64,000 bases of DNA from assembly GCA_963827235.1 (NCBI GenBank), contig CAWHAE010000012.1, forward strand, positions 888,045-952,044. Direction: 5' to 3'. Position 1 is the first letter of the stretch. The number at the start of each line of letters is the position of its first letter. Shown piece after piece: positions 10,301-18,601 of this stretch. Both the position numbers and the translations under genes were made by a program. The notes under the pieces were generated by a model. That model saw nothing but the letters and a program-made list of their open reading frames with translations, made no database searches and had not been told where the DNA came from. The DNA is from an uncultured bacterium (lineage in GTDB: Bacteria; Chloroflexota; UBA5177; JANWHV01).

Positions 10301-10555
10301 CAGACGGACCTTTTGACCGGACCACGACGGTGGAACTCGGAACCAGGCTCGAAACCACGCCCACTCCTGAGCGCCTCCCCATTGGCTTCCCGGCCCAACC
10401 GGCAGCCAGTCCGCCTCCTGCGCCGCCTCGACCTCGATCCCGTTGTTGCGGCCGGGCCGCATGATCAGACGCTCCAGTGGCAGTGACGCACGCACGATTG
10501 CTCGCTGCTGCTCCTTCACGCGCGCACGGAGGCGTGACTCCTGCGGCCTGCTCAT
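7373..10555 (-). CDS. glycoside hydrolase family 38 alpha-mannosidase
   Basis: 1060 aa with the GH38 N-terminal metal-binding motif HAHIDTAWMWP. Size and layout are typical of bacterial GH38. Confidence 0.9.
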   Translation of the reverse strand: MSRPQESRLRARVKEQQRAIVRASLPLERLIMRPGRNNGIEVEAAQEADWLPVGPGSQWGGAQEWAWFRAWFRVPPSWSGQKVRLSLPLGGQGMAYLDGRPWQGLDENHRTIVLPAECCDGVSRLAAIEAYASPVTTIARKPSDAFTVGDCRLELIDADAEALYYDLAVGVEALAVLPDAAVERAALLALLLEAENMVNRLEPTSEEFRQSAARARTHLSAGLATLARGLAGSRPAVDAVGHAHIDTAWMWPISQTRRKIARSWSTVLRLMERYPDYRFLCSQPQQYRWLEEDEPELYHQIEKRAAEGRWEPAGAMWVEADCNLTSGESLVRQFLYGQRFMRQRFGKICRYLWLPDVFGFTGSLPQLMRSAGVQAMVTIKLSWNATNRMPHDAFRWRGIDGTEVLGYFMTAGADWDPLDYQRDPYPVKRGQATYNGDFSVKEMLGSWIRFRDKAASTQTLYAFGFGDGGGGPTEQMLEYATRLRDYPGLPRVSQSSVDAYLAGLGERVLGDPRSPVWEGELYFELHRGTYTSQARAKWNNRRVEHLLHDAELWCAWAATYDRDATSRQERLTACWEDALLNQFHDILPGSSIGEVYEDERRQHAAILATAGGVLAEAQDVVARQVQSERPAIAVFNASPFPRNETLELRLPASVPADAALATADGRPLASQVVTWPERGVLVSGLTVPPLGYALVFTGGSAPAAPSELAVSERVLENRYFRLELDDRGRFASLVDKRFGREVLAPGGGNRLLAFEDKPLANDAWDIDEFYVDKCVEIDSVHSWQVVEEGPVRAGIEIARHFGHSTIRQRILLHAGTPRVDILTTIDWHQRQVLLKAAFPLAVHAVAATYECAFGFVQRQVHRNTSWDAARFEVCAHRWADLSEGGYGVSLLNDGKYGHECLGNVLSLTLLKSGIEPDPMADEGTQSFSYALLPHGPDWSIENTVQAAVAFNMPARARAVPGSGSKLSAQASFVSSDRAHAVVDTVKPAEDGNGTIVRVYDCANRRGTVTLTFAQPIEKASAVTILEEPDGAAGPLHVDGRSLVFEILPFQVRSFRVGIQP

Positions 10556-11556
10556 TGCAGCACCCGCCGGTGCACGGAGTCGATCACCGCCTGCGAGGAG
10601 CTTATCGGGATCGAGCAGTTGCCGGTCAGAATCAGGCCGCGATTTCGCGCTTGCTCTGCCGCGGTCGACACCTGCTCCAGGGCAAGCGAGTCATCGGCGG
10701 CGGCAAGCGCCTCATTGGAGAGCCCGCCGGCCACGGCGCGATCGCGGACGGTGTCGGCCAGATCGCCCAGGCTCGGATTGCCTTCCTCGGTGGCAGCCCA
10801 GTTGAGAATATGACACGGGTAGTCGACCAGCCGCCGAACCATGCTGTTCTTGCGGCAGACGTGCACGACGTTGACCCGCGCCTCGGCGGCCGCGGCCAGC
10901 ACGCGCAGGTCGTATGGCCGACCGAAGGTCTCGTACTCGGCGTCGGTCAGGGTATCGTAGGTGGCCCAGGCCCCGGTTGCGAAGAAGATGCCGCTCGCTC
11001 CGGCGTTGAGCACCTCGTGCACGAAGGCGATAAAGGTCTCGGTAATCGCTTCGAGCGCGCCGTGCACCGCGGTCGGGTGCTCCCGCAGGTGCTGCCGCAG
11101 GAGGGCGGTGCCGGTGCCGGTCAGGTAGCCGGCCACGCAGATGGGACAGAACACCGTCTCCACGAAAGGAACGGCGCCGCGCAGCCCACGCCGGATCTCG
11201 CTCAGCGCCCGCAGCTGCTCGTCGAACGGCGGCGCGCCGGGCGATCGCGCCTCGACATTCTGCCAGTCTCCCGGAGACGTGACCACGGCTCGCTCGAGGA
11301 CTGGCTTCACGTCCGGCAGGCCGGAATAGCGGTAGCGGTTGCCCCAGACCTCGGCATGGTATTGTGCTCGCGGATTGACCTTGAGCAGGTCGAAGTCGTT
11401 CCGCGCCTGCCAATCGAGCATGGCTCGCGCCAGGTCCGCGGCCGAGGTCTCCCGGTCGTAGAAGTGGCGCCAGAGCGCCCAGGGAATACGGTCGGTCGGC
11501 TGTTGGCGGACGCTGGCTTCAAGCCGTTCCCACTTATCCATATGTCCTTGAGACAT
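10552..11556 (-). CDS. uroporphyrinogen decarboxylase (URO-D) family protein, function unclear
   Basis: 334 aa with N-terminal RIPWALW..FY and overall URO-D/MtaA-like TIM-barrel pattern as recalled. Its stop overlaps the GH38 start in an ATGA (10552-10555). Confidence 0.7.
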   Translation of the reverse strand: MSQGHMDKWERLEASVRQQPTDRIPWALWRHFYDRETSAADLARAMLDWQARNDFDLLKVNPRAQYHAEVWGNRYRYSGLPDVKPVLERAVVTSPGDWQNVEARSPGAPPFDEQLRALSEIRRGLRGAVPFVETVFCPICVAGYLTGTGTALLRQHLREHPTAVHGALEAITETFIAFVHEVLNAGASGIFFATGAWATYDTLTDAEYETFGRPYDLRVLAAAAEARVNVVHVCRKNSMVRRLVDYPCHILNWAATEEGNPSLGDLADTVRDRAVAGGLSNEALAAADDSLALEQVSTAAEQARNRGLILTGNCSIPISSSQAVIDSVHRRVLQ

Positions 11557-11760
11557 TCCCAGCTCCTCTCGATCGCTTGGCCGGTTTGCGGCAACCGGGT
11601 CCCACCATGCAAGTAGTCGTCTGGTTGACGTGGCTGCAGAACACTTCTGGGCTCAGACTGCCGGCGGCGTCTCGCGTGCACCCGGCGGGGGCGTAGCGGA
11701 CGAATGCAACGCGCCTCAGCCGTATTCGACGAAAGCCCGGCTGCACGAGTGCCTGCTCTC

Positions 11761-12003
11761 TCAGCACGGTGGCTTTGCGCCTACGAGCCACGGCCAGCGG
11801 CGCCAAAAGGCGAGAATCATTCGCCGCAACGTCGCCGGCTTCATAAGGGCAAACGTGCTCCAGGAGAGCATAATCAAACTGATCAGACCGTTGATGCTGA
11901 CCAGACGCTCGGCGACAAGGCTGGGCTGCGACGTGTGCTCTGCCCCTGCGATGCCGCCCGTGTTCGGGTCAACTTGCGACGTCGTGCTGCCGGTGTCACC
12001 CAT
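11761..12003 (-). CDS. candidate small membrane protein, 80 aa
   Basis: ATG ORF in an otherwise unassigned 550-nt gap. GC-rich third codon positions. One hydrophobic segment (LISLIMLSWSTFAL) and a Trp/Arg-rich tail. No convincing SD. Confidence 0.2.
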   Translation of the reverse strand: MGDTGSTTSQVDPNTGGIAGAEHTSQPSLVAERLVSINGLISLIMLSWSTFALMKPATLRRMILAFWRRWPWLVGAKPPC

Positions 12004-12110
12004 GGCTTGAGCATAGCCACGTGACGGTATCCGGGGCAAGCTGAACGTGGTTCCGGCGCCCATCGCGGCGGATACGGCGCAACCGCCGGGGCAACCCGGT
12101 ATGATCAACG

Positions 12111-12977
12111 GTGAATACCGGTTCCGACGCGCGTGCCGCCATCGCCGCGAATGGCGCGGCGGGACGCCATGGCACACGTGAAAGCAGCCCCATCGTGTTG
12201 AGAACAGTCTCGGCCGTCCGCTACCTCGCCCCGTTGCGCGAAGGCGGCTCCCTGCCGGCGGTCGTGGAGGCCGACGACGGCGAGTTGTACGTGCTGAAGT
12301 TCCGCGGCGCCGGGCAGGGGCAGCGAGCGCTGATCGCCGAGATGATGGCAGGCGAGATCGGCAGGCTGCTGGGCTTGAGCGTGCCCGAAATCGTGCTGGT
12401 GGAGCTCGATCCGGCGTTTGGCCGCTCCGAGCCCGATCCCGAGATCCACGACCTGATCGCGGCAAGCACTGGTCTGAATCTGGGGCTCCGCTACCTGGCG
12501 GGCGCGCTGGCTTTCGACCCGGTCCTCACACCGTCGCCGTCTCCCGACGTGGCGTCGGCGATCGTGTGGTTCGACGCCTTCGTCACCAACGTTGATCGCA
12601 CGGCGCGCAACACCAACATGCTCCTCTGGCAGGATCAGCTCTGGCTGATCGATCACGGTGCCTCGCTGTATTTTCATCACTCCTGGGACGGCTACCTGGA
12701 GCGGAGCGCCTCGCCCTTCCCGTATATCAAGGATCACGTACTGCTGCGAGAGGCGGCGCTGCTCGGGGACGTCGACGCGCCTCTCGCCGCCAGGCTGGAA
12801 GCACCGGCGCTCCGCCGGATAGTGGATGCTGTTCCCGCGCAGTGGCTGGCCGACGAGCCCTCGTTTCGCTCACCGGGTGAACACCGAGATGCCTACCTGG
12901 AGTTTCTCAACGCCCGGCTGCAGTCGCCGCGAGCGTTCGTGGGGGAGGCAATCAATGCCCACCGCGCACTCCTATGA
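12111..12977 (+). CDS. short HipA-like / PI3-4-kinase-fold kinase
   Basis: 288 aa. Catalytic-loop-like FVTNVDRTARNTNMLL followed by LWLIDHGASLYF. Lacks the HipA N-terminal domains. The start is uncertain (GTG/TTG candidates near 12196). Confidence 0.7.
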   Translation: MNTGSDARAAIAANGAAGRHGTRESSPIVLRTVSAVRYLAPLREGGSLPAVVEADDGELYVLKFRGAGQGQRALIAEMMAGEIGRLLGLSVPEIVLVELDPAFGRSEPDPEIHDLIAASTGLNLGLRYLAGALAFDPVLTPSPSPDVASAIVWFDAFVTNVDRTARNTNMLLWQDQLWLIDHGASLYFHHSWDGYLERSASPFPYIKDHVLLREAALLGDVDAPLAARLEAPALRRIVDAVPAQWLADEPSFRSPGEHRDAYLEFLNARLQSPRAFVGEAINAHRALL

Positions 12978-13347
12978 CTACGCCGTACTACGAGTGGTGC
13001 CTCGCGTGGAGCGGTGCGAGTTCATCAACGCGGGCGTCATTCTGTTCTGCCGCGTGCGGCGATTCCTGGGCGCCTCCGTCGAGCTCGATCGCGAGCGACT
13101 TCGCGCGCTCGCTCCCTGCGTCGACGCCGAGCAGGTGGAAAAGCACCTGTCTGCGGTCTCCCTGGTGTGCGCCGGGGGCCGGGCCGCCGGCCCGATCGGC
13201 ATGCTCGGCATGGCGGAGCGCTTCCACTGGCTGGTGTCACCGCGAAGCACGCTGGTCCAGCCATCGCCCGTGCACTGCGGTATGTGCGACGATCCGGCAA
13301 GGGAGCTGGAGCACCTGCTGGACACGATGGTGCGCCGCTTGGAGTAG
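12955..13347 (+). CDS. DUF3037-like protein
   Basis: 130 aa from the ATG at 12955, overlapping the kinase 3' end by 23 nt. The N-terminal YDYAVLRVVPRVERCEFINAGVILFC matches my recollection of DUF3037. The ORF-track start at 12826 is rejected. Confidence 0.6.
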   Translation: MPTAHSYDYAVLRVVPRVERCEFINAGVILFCRVRRFLGASVELDRERLRALAPCVDAEQVEKHLSAVSLVCAGGRAAGPIGMLGMAERFHWLVSPRSTLVQPSPVHCGMCDDPARELEHLLDTMVRRLE

Positions 13348-13376
13348 TCACGCTCAGCCGGTATCATCCTGGCGAG

Positions 13377-15011
13377 ATGCAAGTCAGCACACCAGGCCGA
13401 CCAACTTCCACCGCGGCCGGCGCCAGGAAGGCGTGGCGGAGATACGTCTCCCTGCCGGCGGCGACCGTGCTGATGATCGCCTTTCTGTTGAGCCGCGTGC
13501 TCGGCATGCTGCGCCAGGTGCTCTTTGCCGCGTTGATCGGCACCCACACCACGGGCGCCAGCGCCTATGTGACGGCCTTTCGCGCTCCGGACTTCGTGTT
13601 CAACCTGGTCTCCGGGGGCGCCTTCGCCTCGGCCTTCATTCCCACTTTTGCCGGTTACCTGGCCAGGAACTCGGAGGACGAGGAAGCCGAGGGCTGGCGC
13701 GTGGCCAGCACCGTGTTTTACCTGACCATCGTCGTGCTGCTGCCGGCGCTGGTGCTGGCGATCATCCTGGCGCCGCGCTACGTGCCGCAGATTGCCGGGC
13801 CCCAGCACCCGGGTTTGGTTGCCGCCACGATTCCGCTCACGCGGATCATGCTGCTGCAGCCCCTGTTCATGGCACTGATCACCATCTGCCAGGGGGTATC
13901 GAATTCCTATCTTCGATTCACGGTGCCCGCGCTGGCGCCCCTCGTGTACAACAGCAGCATCATCGTGGGCATCTTGATCGGTCATTTCACCGGAGTAACG
14001 GCCATTGCCTGGTCGGTGACCCTCGGCGCGGCCCTGCAGCTTGGGTTGCAGCTTCCGTTTCTGCCCTATGGCAGCCGCCTGCTCCACCTCACGATCAGTC
14101 TCGGATCCGCCGGCGTGCACGAGATCGGCCGCCTGATGGTGCCTCGCCTGTTTGGCCAGGCCGGCATACAGGCGACGTTCATCGTGACCACCTACCTGGC
14201 AAACAGAGTACAGGGACCGAATCCCAATCCCGCGCTCACTTATGGCTGGACGCTGATTCTGCTGCCGGTCGGCATCTTCGCCGCCGCTCTGGGCCAGACG
14301 GCTTTCCCGGTGATGTCCAAGCAGGCGGCAGCGGGAGACATGCGAGGCTTCGCACACACGGTGAGCCAGACGATCCGCATGGTGTTCTTTCTGACCGTGC
14401 CCGCCGCCGCGGGCCTGATCATCCTGGCGCCGCGGGTGGTACGCGTGCTCTTCGCTTACGGCACCAGCAACGACAGCGTGGATATCCAGCTCATCACCCT
14501 GGCCACGGTGTACTACGCGGTGGGCATCCCGGGTCACTCCCTGGCCGAGGTGCTTCCGCGGGCGTTCTTCTCCATTCGCAACACGGTGACGCCCGTCCTG
14601 GTCGTCGTTTGGACGCTCTCGATGGCCATTCTCGTCAGTGTCGTATCCGTCAAGGTGCTCAGCCCGGAGCATGCGGTGGCCGGTCTAGCCTTCGCCATAT
14701 CCATCGCCGTGCTGGCGGAAGCGGTCAACCTCATCGTCGCCCTGCATCGGGCGGTGCCGCAGTTCACCCTAGGCCCGCTCGGCTGGGCCCTGGCGCGCAC
14801 CAACGTCGCCACCGGCGTGATGCTACTGGGAGTCGCCCTGACCGCGGATCGACTCATTCACGCGATCAATCCCAGCCGGTTTGGATCATTTGTCACGCTG
14901 CTCATCTGCGTGCCACTCGGAGCAGCGCTCTATCTCGCCGCCTCGCTCCTGCTGCGCGTCCCCGAAGCGTACAGCATCGTCGCGCGCCTGCGCGGCAGGG
15001 TGGGTCGCTGA
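13377..15011 (+). CDS. murJ: lipid II flippase MurJ (MviN family)
   Basis: 544 aa polytopic protein with MurJ-type N-terminal motifs (LLSRVLGMLRQVLFAALIGT, GGAFASAFIPTFA). ATG at 13377; the longer in-frame ORF from 13014 overlaps DUF3037 and is Arg-rich. Confidence 0.85.
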   Translation: MQVSTPGRPTSTAAGARKAWRRYVSLPAATVLMIAFLLSRVLGMLRQVLFAALIGTHTTGASAYVTAFRAPDFVFNLVSGGAFASAFIPTFAGYLARNSEDEEAEGWRVASTVFYLTIVVLLPALVLAIILAPRYVPQIAGPQHPGLVAATIPLTRIMLLQPLFMALITICQGVSNSYLRFTVPALAPLVYNSSIIVGILIGHFTGVTAIAWSVTLGAALQLGLQLPFLPYGSRLLHLTISLGSAGVHEIGRLMVPRLFGQAGIQATFIVTTYLANRVQGPNPNPALTYGWTLILLPVGIFAAALGQTAFPVMSKQAAAGDMRGFAHTVSQTIRMVFFLTVPAAAGLIILAPRVVRVLFAYGTSNDSVDIQLITLATVYYAVGIPGHSLAEVLPRAFFSIRNTVTPVLVVVWTLSMAILVSVVSVKVLSPEHAVAGLAFAISIAVLAEAVNLIVALHRAVPQFTLGPLGWALARTNVATGVMLLGVALTADRLIHAINPSRFGSFVTLLICVPLGAALYLAASLLLRVPEAYSIVARLRGRVGR

Positions 15012-15048
15012 GGAACCGTACCCGGCCGCGGCCAAGGTACCGTTCCTC
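15010..15048 (+). terminator. hairpin at the murJ stop (convergent junction with the GH3 gene)
   Basis: GAGGAACCGTACC ... GGTACCGTTCCTC is a 13-bp stem with one mismatch enclosing the GGCCGCGGCC palindrome. It begins inside the murJ TGA. Confidence 0.4.
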
Positions 15049-15117
15049 CATATGGAAAGACCGGTTCCACTGGGCAATCGTATGAGCGTGCTCGGCGTTT
15101 GTCCTGACGAGCACCGC

Positions 15118-16728
15118 TTATGCCAGTGTGACCGGCAGCCTGCCGCGCGGCACAACGTCTCCACGCAGCACGCGAAGCACGGAAAGCAAGGCAGGGTCGC
15201 TGGTGCTATAGGAGCAGAGCGTAGCCGTTGCCGCCGCGAAGCGCGACAGCACGTACGGCGAGCCGAGGGAGACCACCGTCAGAGGAACGCCGGTTCCCGC
15301 GAGCATGGAAGCCAGCTCGGCTAGCTCGGCGCTCACGCCGACCGCGTCGGGATCGAAGCTCTCCACTCTGTTGAAGTGCAGCAGAGCGGCCCAATGAGCG
15401 GCCCGCGCCTGATCGACGGCCTTGCGCACCTGAGACGCGTCCGGCGTGGGATCGACCATCAACACCTCGGCGTTTTCCCAGCCGATCCCGGCAAGCGCGC
15501 CGCGGAGCTGAGCATCCACGGACGGGCCGAAGCGTCGGGCCATGCGCGTGGCAATGATCAGCGGGCGCTGCGGCAGCGACGCCAGGCCGCCTCCCACCAG
15601 GGTCGTGGCAGCGCTCGCTATGCGCTCCGCGACGGCGCGATGGGCTTCGACGGCGATCGCGCGACGCAGCATGCCGAGATCGCGTGAGGCCGGACGATTG
15701 AGCGACTCGCCGAAGATGCGGGCCTTGGCAGAGAGCACCCGTGCGGCCGACTGGCTGACGCGCCGCTCGGCCAGCGCTCCGTCTCGCAGCGCCGCTTTGA
15801 TGGCGTCGTAGGCGAGCTCCCAGACATGAGTGAGCAGCAGGTCGACGCCGGCGTCGACGGCTCGCACGTGCGACACGCGAGGCTCGTAGTTGTGTGCAAT
15901 GGCATGCATGTTCATGCAATCGGTTACCACGACGCCCCGGAAGCCCATACGTTCGCGCAGCAGATCCGTCAGTATGGGCTTCGAGAGCGTGGCAGGAACG
16001 TCGGGCTCCGGGTCGAGCGCGGGATAAGCAACGTGCGCCGTCATCAGCATGGCCACGCCGGCGTCGATGGCATCTGCGAACGGCGGGAGCTCGACCGCCT
16101 CCAGCCGCTCCCGCGGCCGGCACACCGCGGCCAGCCTGAGATGCGAGTCCTCCACCGTGTCGCCATGGCCGGGAAAGTGCTTGCCGATGGCAAGAACGTC
16201 TTGCCGGCCGTCGACCGGCGCCTGCAGCCCTTCGATGAAGGCTCGCCCGTGCTCTCCCACCAGCTGCGGCGATGCCCCAAACGATCGCGTGTTGATGATC
16301 GGGTTGGCGGGATTGACGTTCACGTCCAGAACCGGCGCCGCCACGACGTTGATGCCGCAAGCACGGGCCTCGGCGGCCGTCACCTCGGCGGCGGCTCGTG
16401 TGAGATCCAGGTCGGCGGCAGCACCGAGAGCCATGGCAGTCGGCAGATAGGTAGCTCCGCCCATGACCAGACCCAGCCCTGCCTCGGCATCCACGCCGAT
16501 GAGCAGCGGCACCTTTGCCGCGGCCTGCGCCCTGTTGACGAGCTCGGCGGCTTCCTCGGGCGAATGCATCTGTGTGGGCAGCAGCCAGATGCCGCCTATC
16601 CGCCCGGCGCGAGCAGCCCGTTCGGCCGAGGCAAACTCCTCCATCGTGGTGACGAATGCCCAGAGCAGCTGGCCTATCTCATCCTCGATCATCGATTCTC
16701 TCCCAACTTGCTGAGCCGGACGCCGCAA
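15118..16728 (-). CDS. glycoside hydrolase family 3 (NagZ-like beta-N-acetylhexosaminidase/beta-glucosidase)
   Basis: 536 aa with the GH3 motifs KHFPGHGDT and GVVVTDCMNM. Confidence 0.88.
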   Translation of the reverse strand: MRRPAQQVGRESMIEDEIGQLLWAFVTTMEEFASAERAARAGRIGGIWLLPTQMHSPEEAAELVNRAQAAAKVPLLIGVDAEAGLGLVMGGATYLPTAMALGAAADLDLTRAAAEVTAAEARACGINVVAAPVLDVNVNPANPIINTRSFGASPQLVGEHGRAFIEGLQAPVDGRQDVLAIGKHFPGHGDTVEDSHLRLAAVCRPRERLEAVELPPFADAIDAGVAMLMTAHVAYPALDPEPDVPATLSKPILTDLLRERMGFRGVVVTDCMNMHAIAHNYEPRVSHVRAVDAGVDLLLTHVWELAYDAIKAALRDGALAERRVSQSAARVLSAKARIFGESLNRPASRDLGMLRRAIAVEAHRAVAERIASAATTLVGGGLASLPQRPLIIATRMARRFGPSVDAQLRGALAGIGWENAEVLMVDPTPDASQVRKAVDQARAAHWAALLHFNRVESFDPDAVGVSAELAELASMLAGTGVPLTVVSLGSPYVLSRFAAATATLCSYSTSDPALLSVLRVLRGDVVPRGRLPVTLA

Positions 16729-16734
16729 GGGCGT

Positions 16735-17799
16735 TCAATAGGTCAGGAACGACGTGCCGCGAGGAGGAGCCGTGGAGTCGCGCACCACGAGCCTGGTCGA
16801 CAGCTCGACGCGGTGGGCATTCAAGGGCTGGCCCTTCAGCAGCCGGTACAGAACGTCGATGCCCAGCCTGCCGATACCCCTGAAGGGCTGCTGGACCGTG
16901 GTCAAGGCAGGTGTGACCAGCGCGGCCAGCTCGATGTCGCCGAATCCGACCACGGAGAGATCGTTGGGCACACTCAGCCTGTGCTCGCGTGCCGCGCGCA
17001 TGACGCCCAGAGCAAGGTGATCGCCCATCGCCACGATCGCGGTCGGCGAGTGGGCGCGAGAGAGCAACGCCTCCGCCGCTTCGCAGCCGCCCATGATGCT
17101 CATCTCGGCCGCGTGGACCAGCCCGGGTACCAGGGGAAGTCCGGCGGCGAGCAGGGCGGCCTGGTATCCGGCCAGGCGATCGATGCTGGCGCTCCAGGAC
17201 TCGGGACCGGTGATCACGCCGATATGCGTGTGGCCCAGGCTGATCAGATGCTCGGTAGCCGTCTTGGCACCGGCCCAGTTGGCGGACGCCACGACGGCGA
17301 CCGTGTCGGGAACCGGCAGCACGGGGTCGATCACCACGAAGGGGTAATTGCTGGCCTGGAGGGCGGCGAGCTCCGTGCCCGACTCGGGCGGTGAGATCAG
17401 CACAGCGCCGTCGGTGGCGCCCTGCATCAATCGCTCGCGCAGTGCCGCCGCGGGCAGCGGCGACGCATCCGCCTGGCAGATGAGCAGCCTCGCGTCGTGA
17501 TCCGCCAGACCCTCGATGGCGCCGGAAATGATCTCGGTGACGGCATCGCCATGAATCTGCTGCACGGAGAGCGCGATGAGGCCGGTCTCATAGCTGGCGC
17601 GCGCGATACGGTTGCTGACGTAGCCGGCGTCTCGCACGTGCTGGAGCACGGCGGCCCGCGTGGCGGCGGAGACATCCGGCCGGCCGTTGAGCACACGCGA
17701 CACCGTGGCCATGGACACTCCGGCCCGCTCCGCGATATCGCGAATGGCTGCGCGCGAGCCGGAGCTTCGCAGACGCTCCACGTCGGTGGCACCGGTCAT
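16735..17799 (-). CDS. LacI family transcriptional regulator
   Basis: N-terminal HTH IRDIAERAGVSMATVSRVLNG plus a periplasmic-binding-fold sugar-sensor body. ATG at 17799 is preferred over the TTG at 17940. Confidence 0.9.
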   Translation of the reverse strand: MTGATDVERLRSSGSRAAIRDIAERAGVSMATVSRVLNGRPDVSAATRAAVLQHVRDAGYVSNRIARASYETGLIALSVQQIHGDAVTEIISGAIEGLADHDARLLICQADASPLPAAALRERLMQGATDGAVLISPPESGTELAALQASNYPFVVIDPVLPVPDTVAVVASANWAGAKTATEHLISLGHTHIGVITGPESWSASIDRLAGYQAALLAAGLPLVPGLVHAAEMSIMGGCEAAEALLSRAHSPTAIVAMGDHLALGVMRAAREHRLSVPNDLSVVGFGDIELAALVTPALTTVQQPFRGIGRLGIDVLYRLLKGQPLNAHRVELSTRLVVRDSTAPPRGTSFLTY

Positions 17800-18316
17800 C
17801 TCTACACTCCCGACCCCCAGAACGGCAATCACATCTCGCTGCCTACCGGCAGGTAGAGCCCATCCGCGGCGCTGACCGGGCCCCGACCGTTGCAGCCGGC
17901 TTCGGAGAGATCTGAAAACTATTCCGGTATTTCTTGCCAAATACTAGCGCACCGTGCGACCGTTGTCAAATGCTGGATCCAGGCACCCGGACCGGCGCTT
18001 GGTAGCGTGGCCGGCAGCCGCCGGGCACCAGGCTCCTGTCTATTCTAGCGTCTGCTCGCGACCGTACGCGGCGCAGGCTCCGATCGCGGTTTCGTGCTCA
18101 AACCGCGGGCCCGGCGCCGCGCGCTGACTTCTCAGAGGAATCAGACTTGTCCCGAACTTACGCGCGACCCGCGGCGATGAGACCGAGCCACGATCACGAC
18201 GCTACTTCGCCGGCAGCTCGTGTGCGTGCAGCGCAGATCGCCGTGCCCGTCTCGGGCGCTCCCCGGGAGTGCGCCCCCGATCGGCGGAAATCTTCTCGGA
18301 AACCTCTGCCAATCCG

Positions 18317-18345
18317 TTGACATGGAGCAGTTTCTGTGCTACTGT
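18317..18345 (+). promoter_or_regulatory. sigma-70-like promoter upstream of the ABC substrate-binding gene
   Basis: TTGACA (18317-18322), a 17-nt spacer, then TACTGT (18340-18345). Implies a 5' leader of about 250 nt before the ATG at 18602. Confidence 0.4.
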
Positions 18346-18601
18346 CCGTAAAGAAAACCGGAAATCATTGGCGGAGGATTTGCAGTCCCGGTTGGCACGC
18401 GCCGCTCGAAGGCCGGGTAGCGGCCGCGCGCCAGATCGCAAAGAGGAAGGGAGGGCATGCAGGCACCCAGCCAGAGAGCGGTCCGGCTCGCCGGCGTGAA
18501 TCCGGCATTCTCTCCAGGCCTTTCGGCAGGGAAGGTGCGGGCTTTTCCACGGGCACCGCAGCAGACGGCAGCAGCGCCGTCTTGTAAGGAGTAGGGATCA
18601 C

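Noticed and set aside
17800-17940. Longer LacI start (TTG at 17940).
   Set aside because: The extra 47 aa are Arg-rich and precede the canonical N-terminal HTH. LacI-family proteins normally begin within a few residues of the HTH.
18346-18601. Attempt to assign the SBP leader to a known riboswitch class (cobalamin, TPP, NiCo).
   Set aside because: Only a vague GTGAATCC resemblance was found, and none of the diagnostic conserved cores could be located by eye. It is kept only as an unassigned leader.
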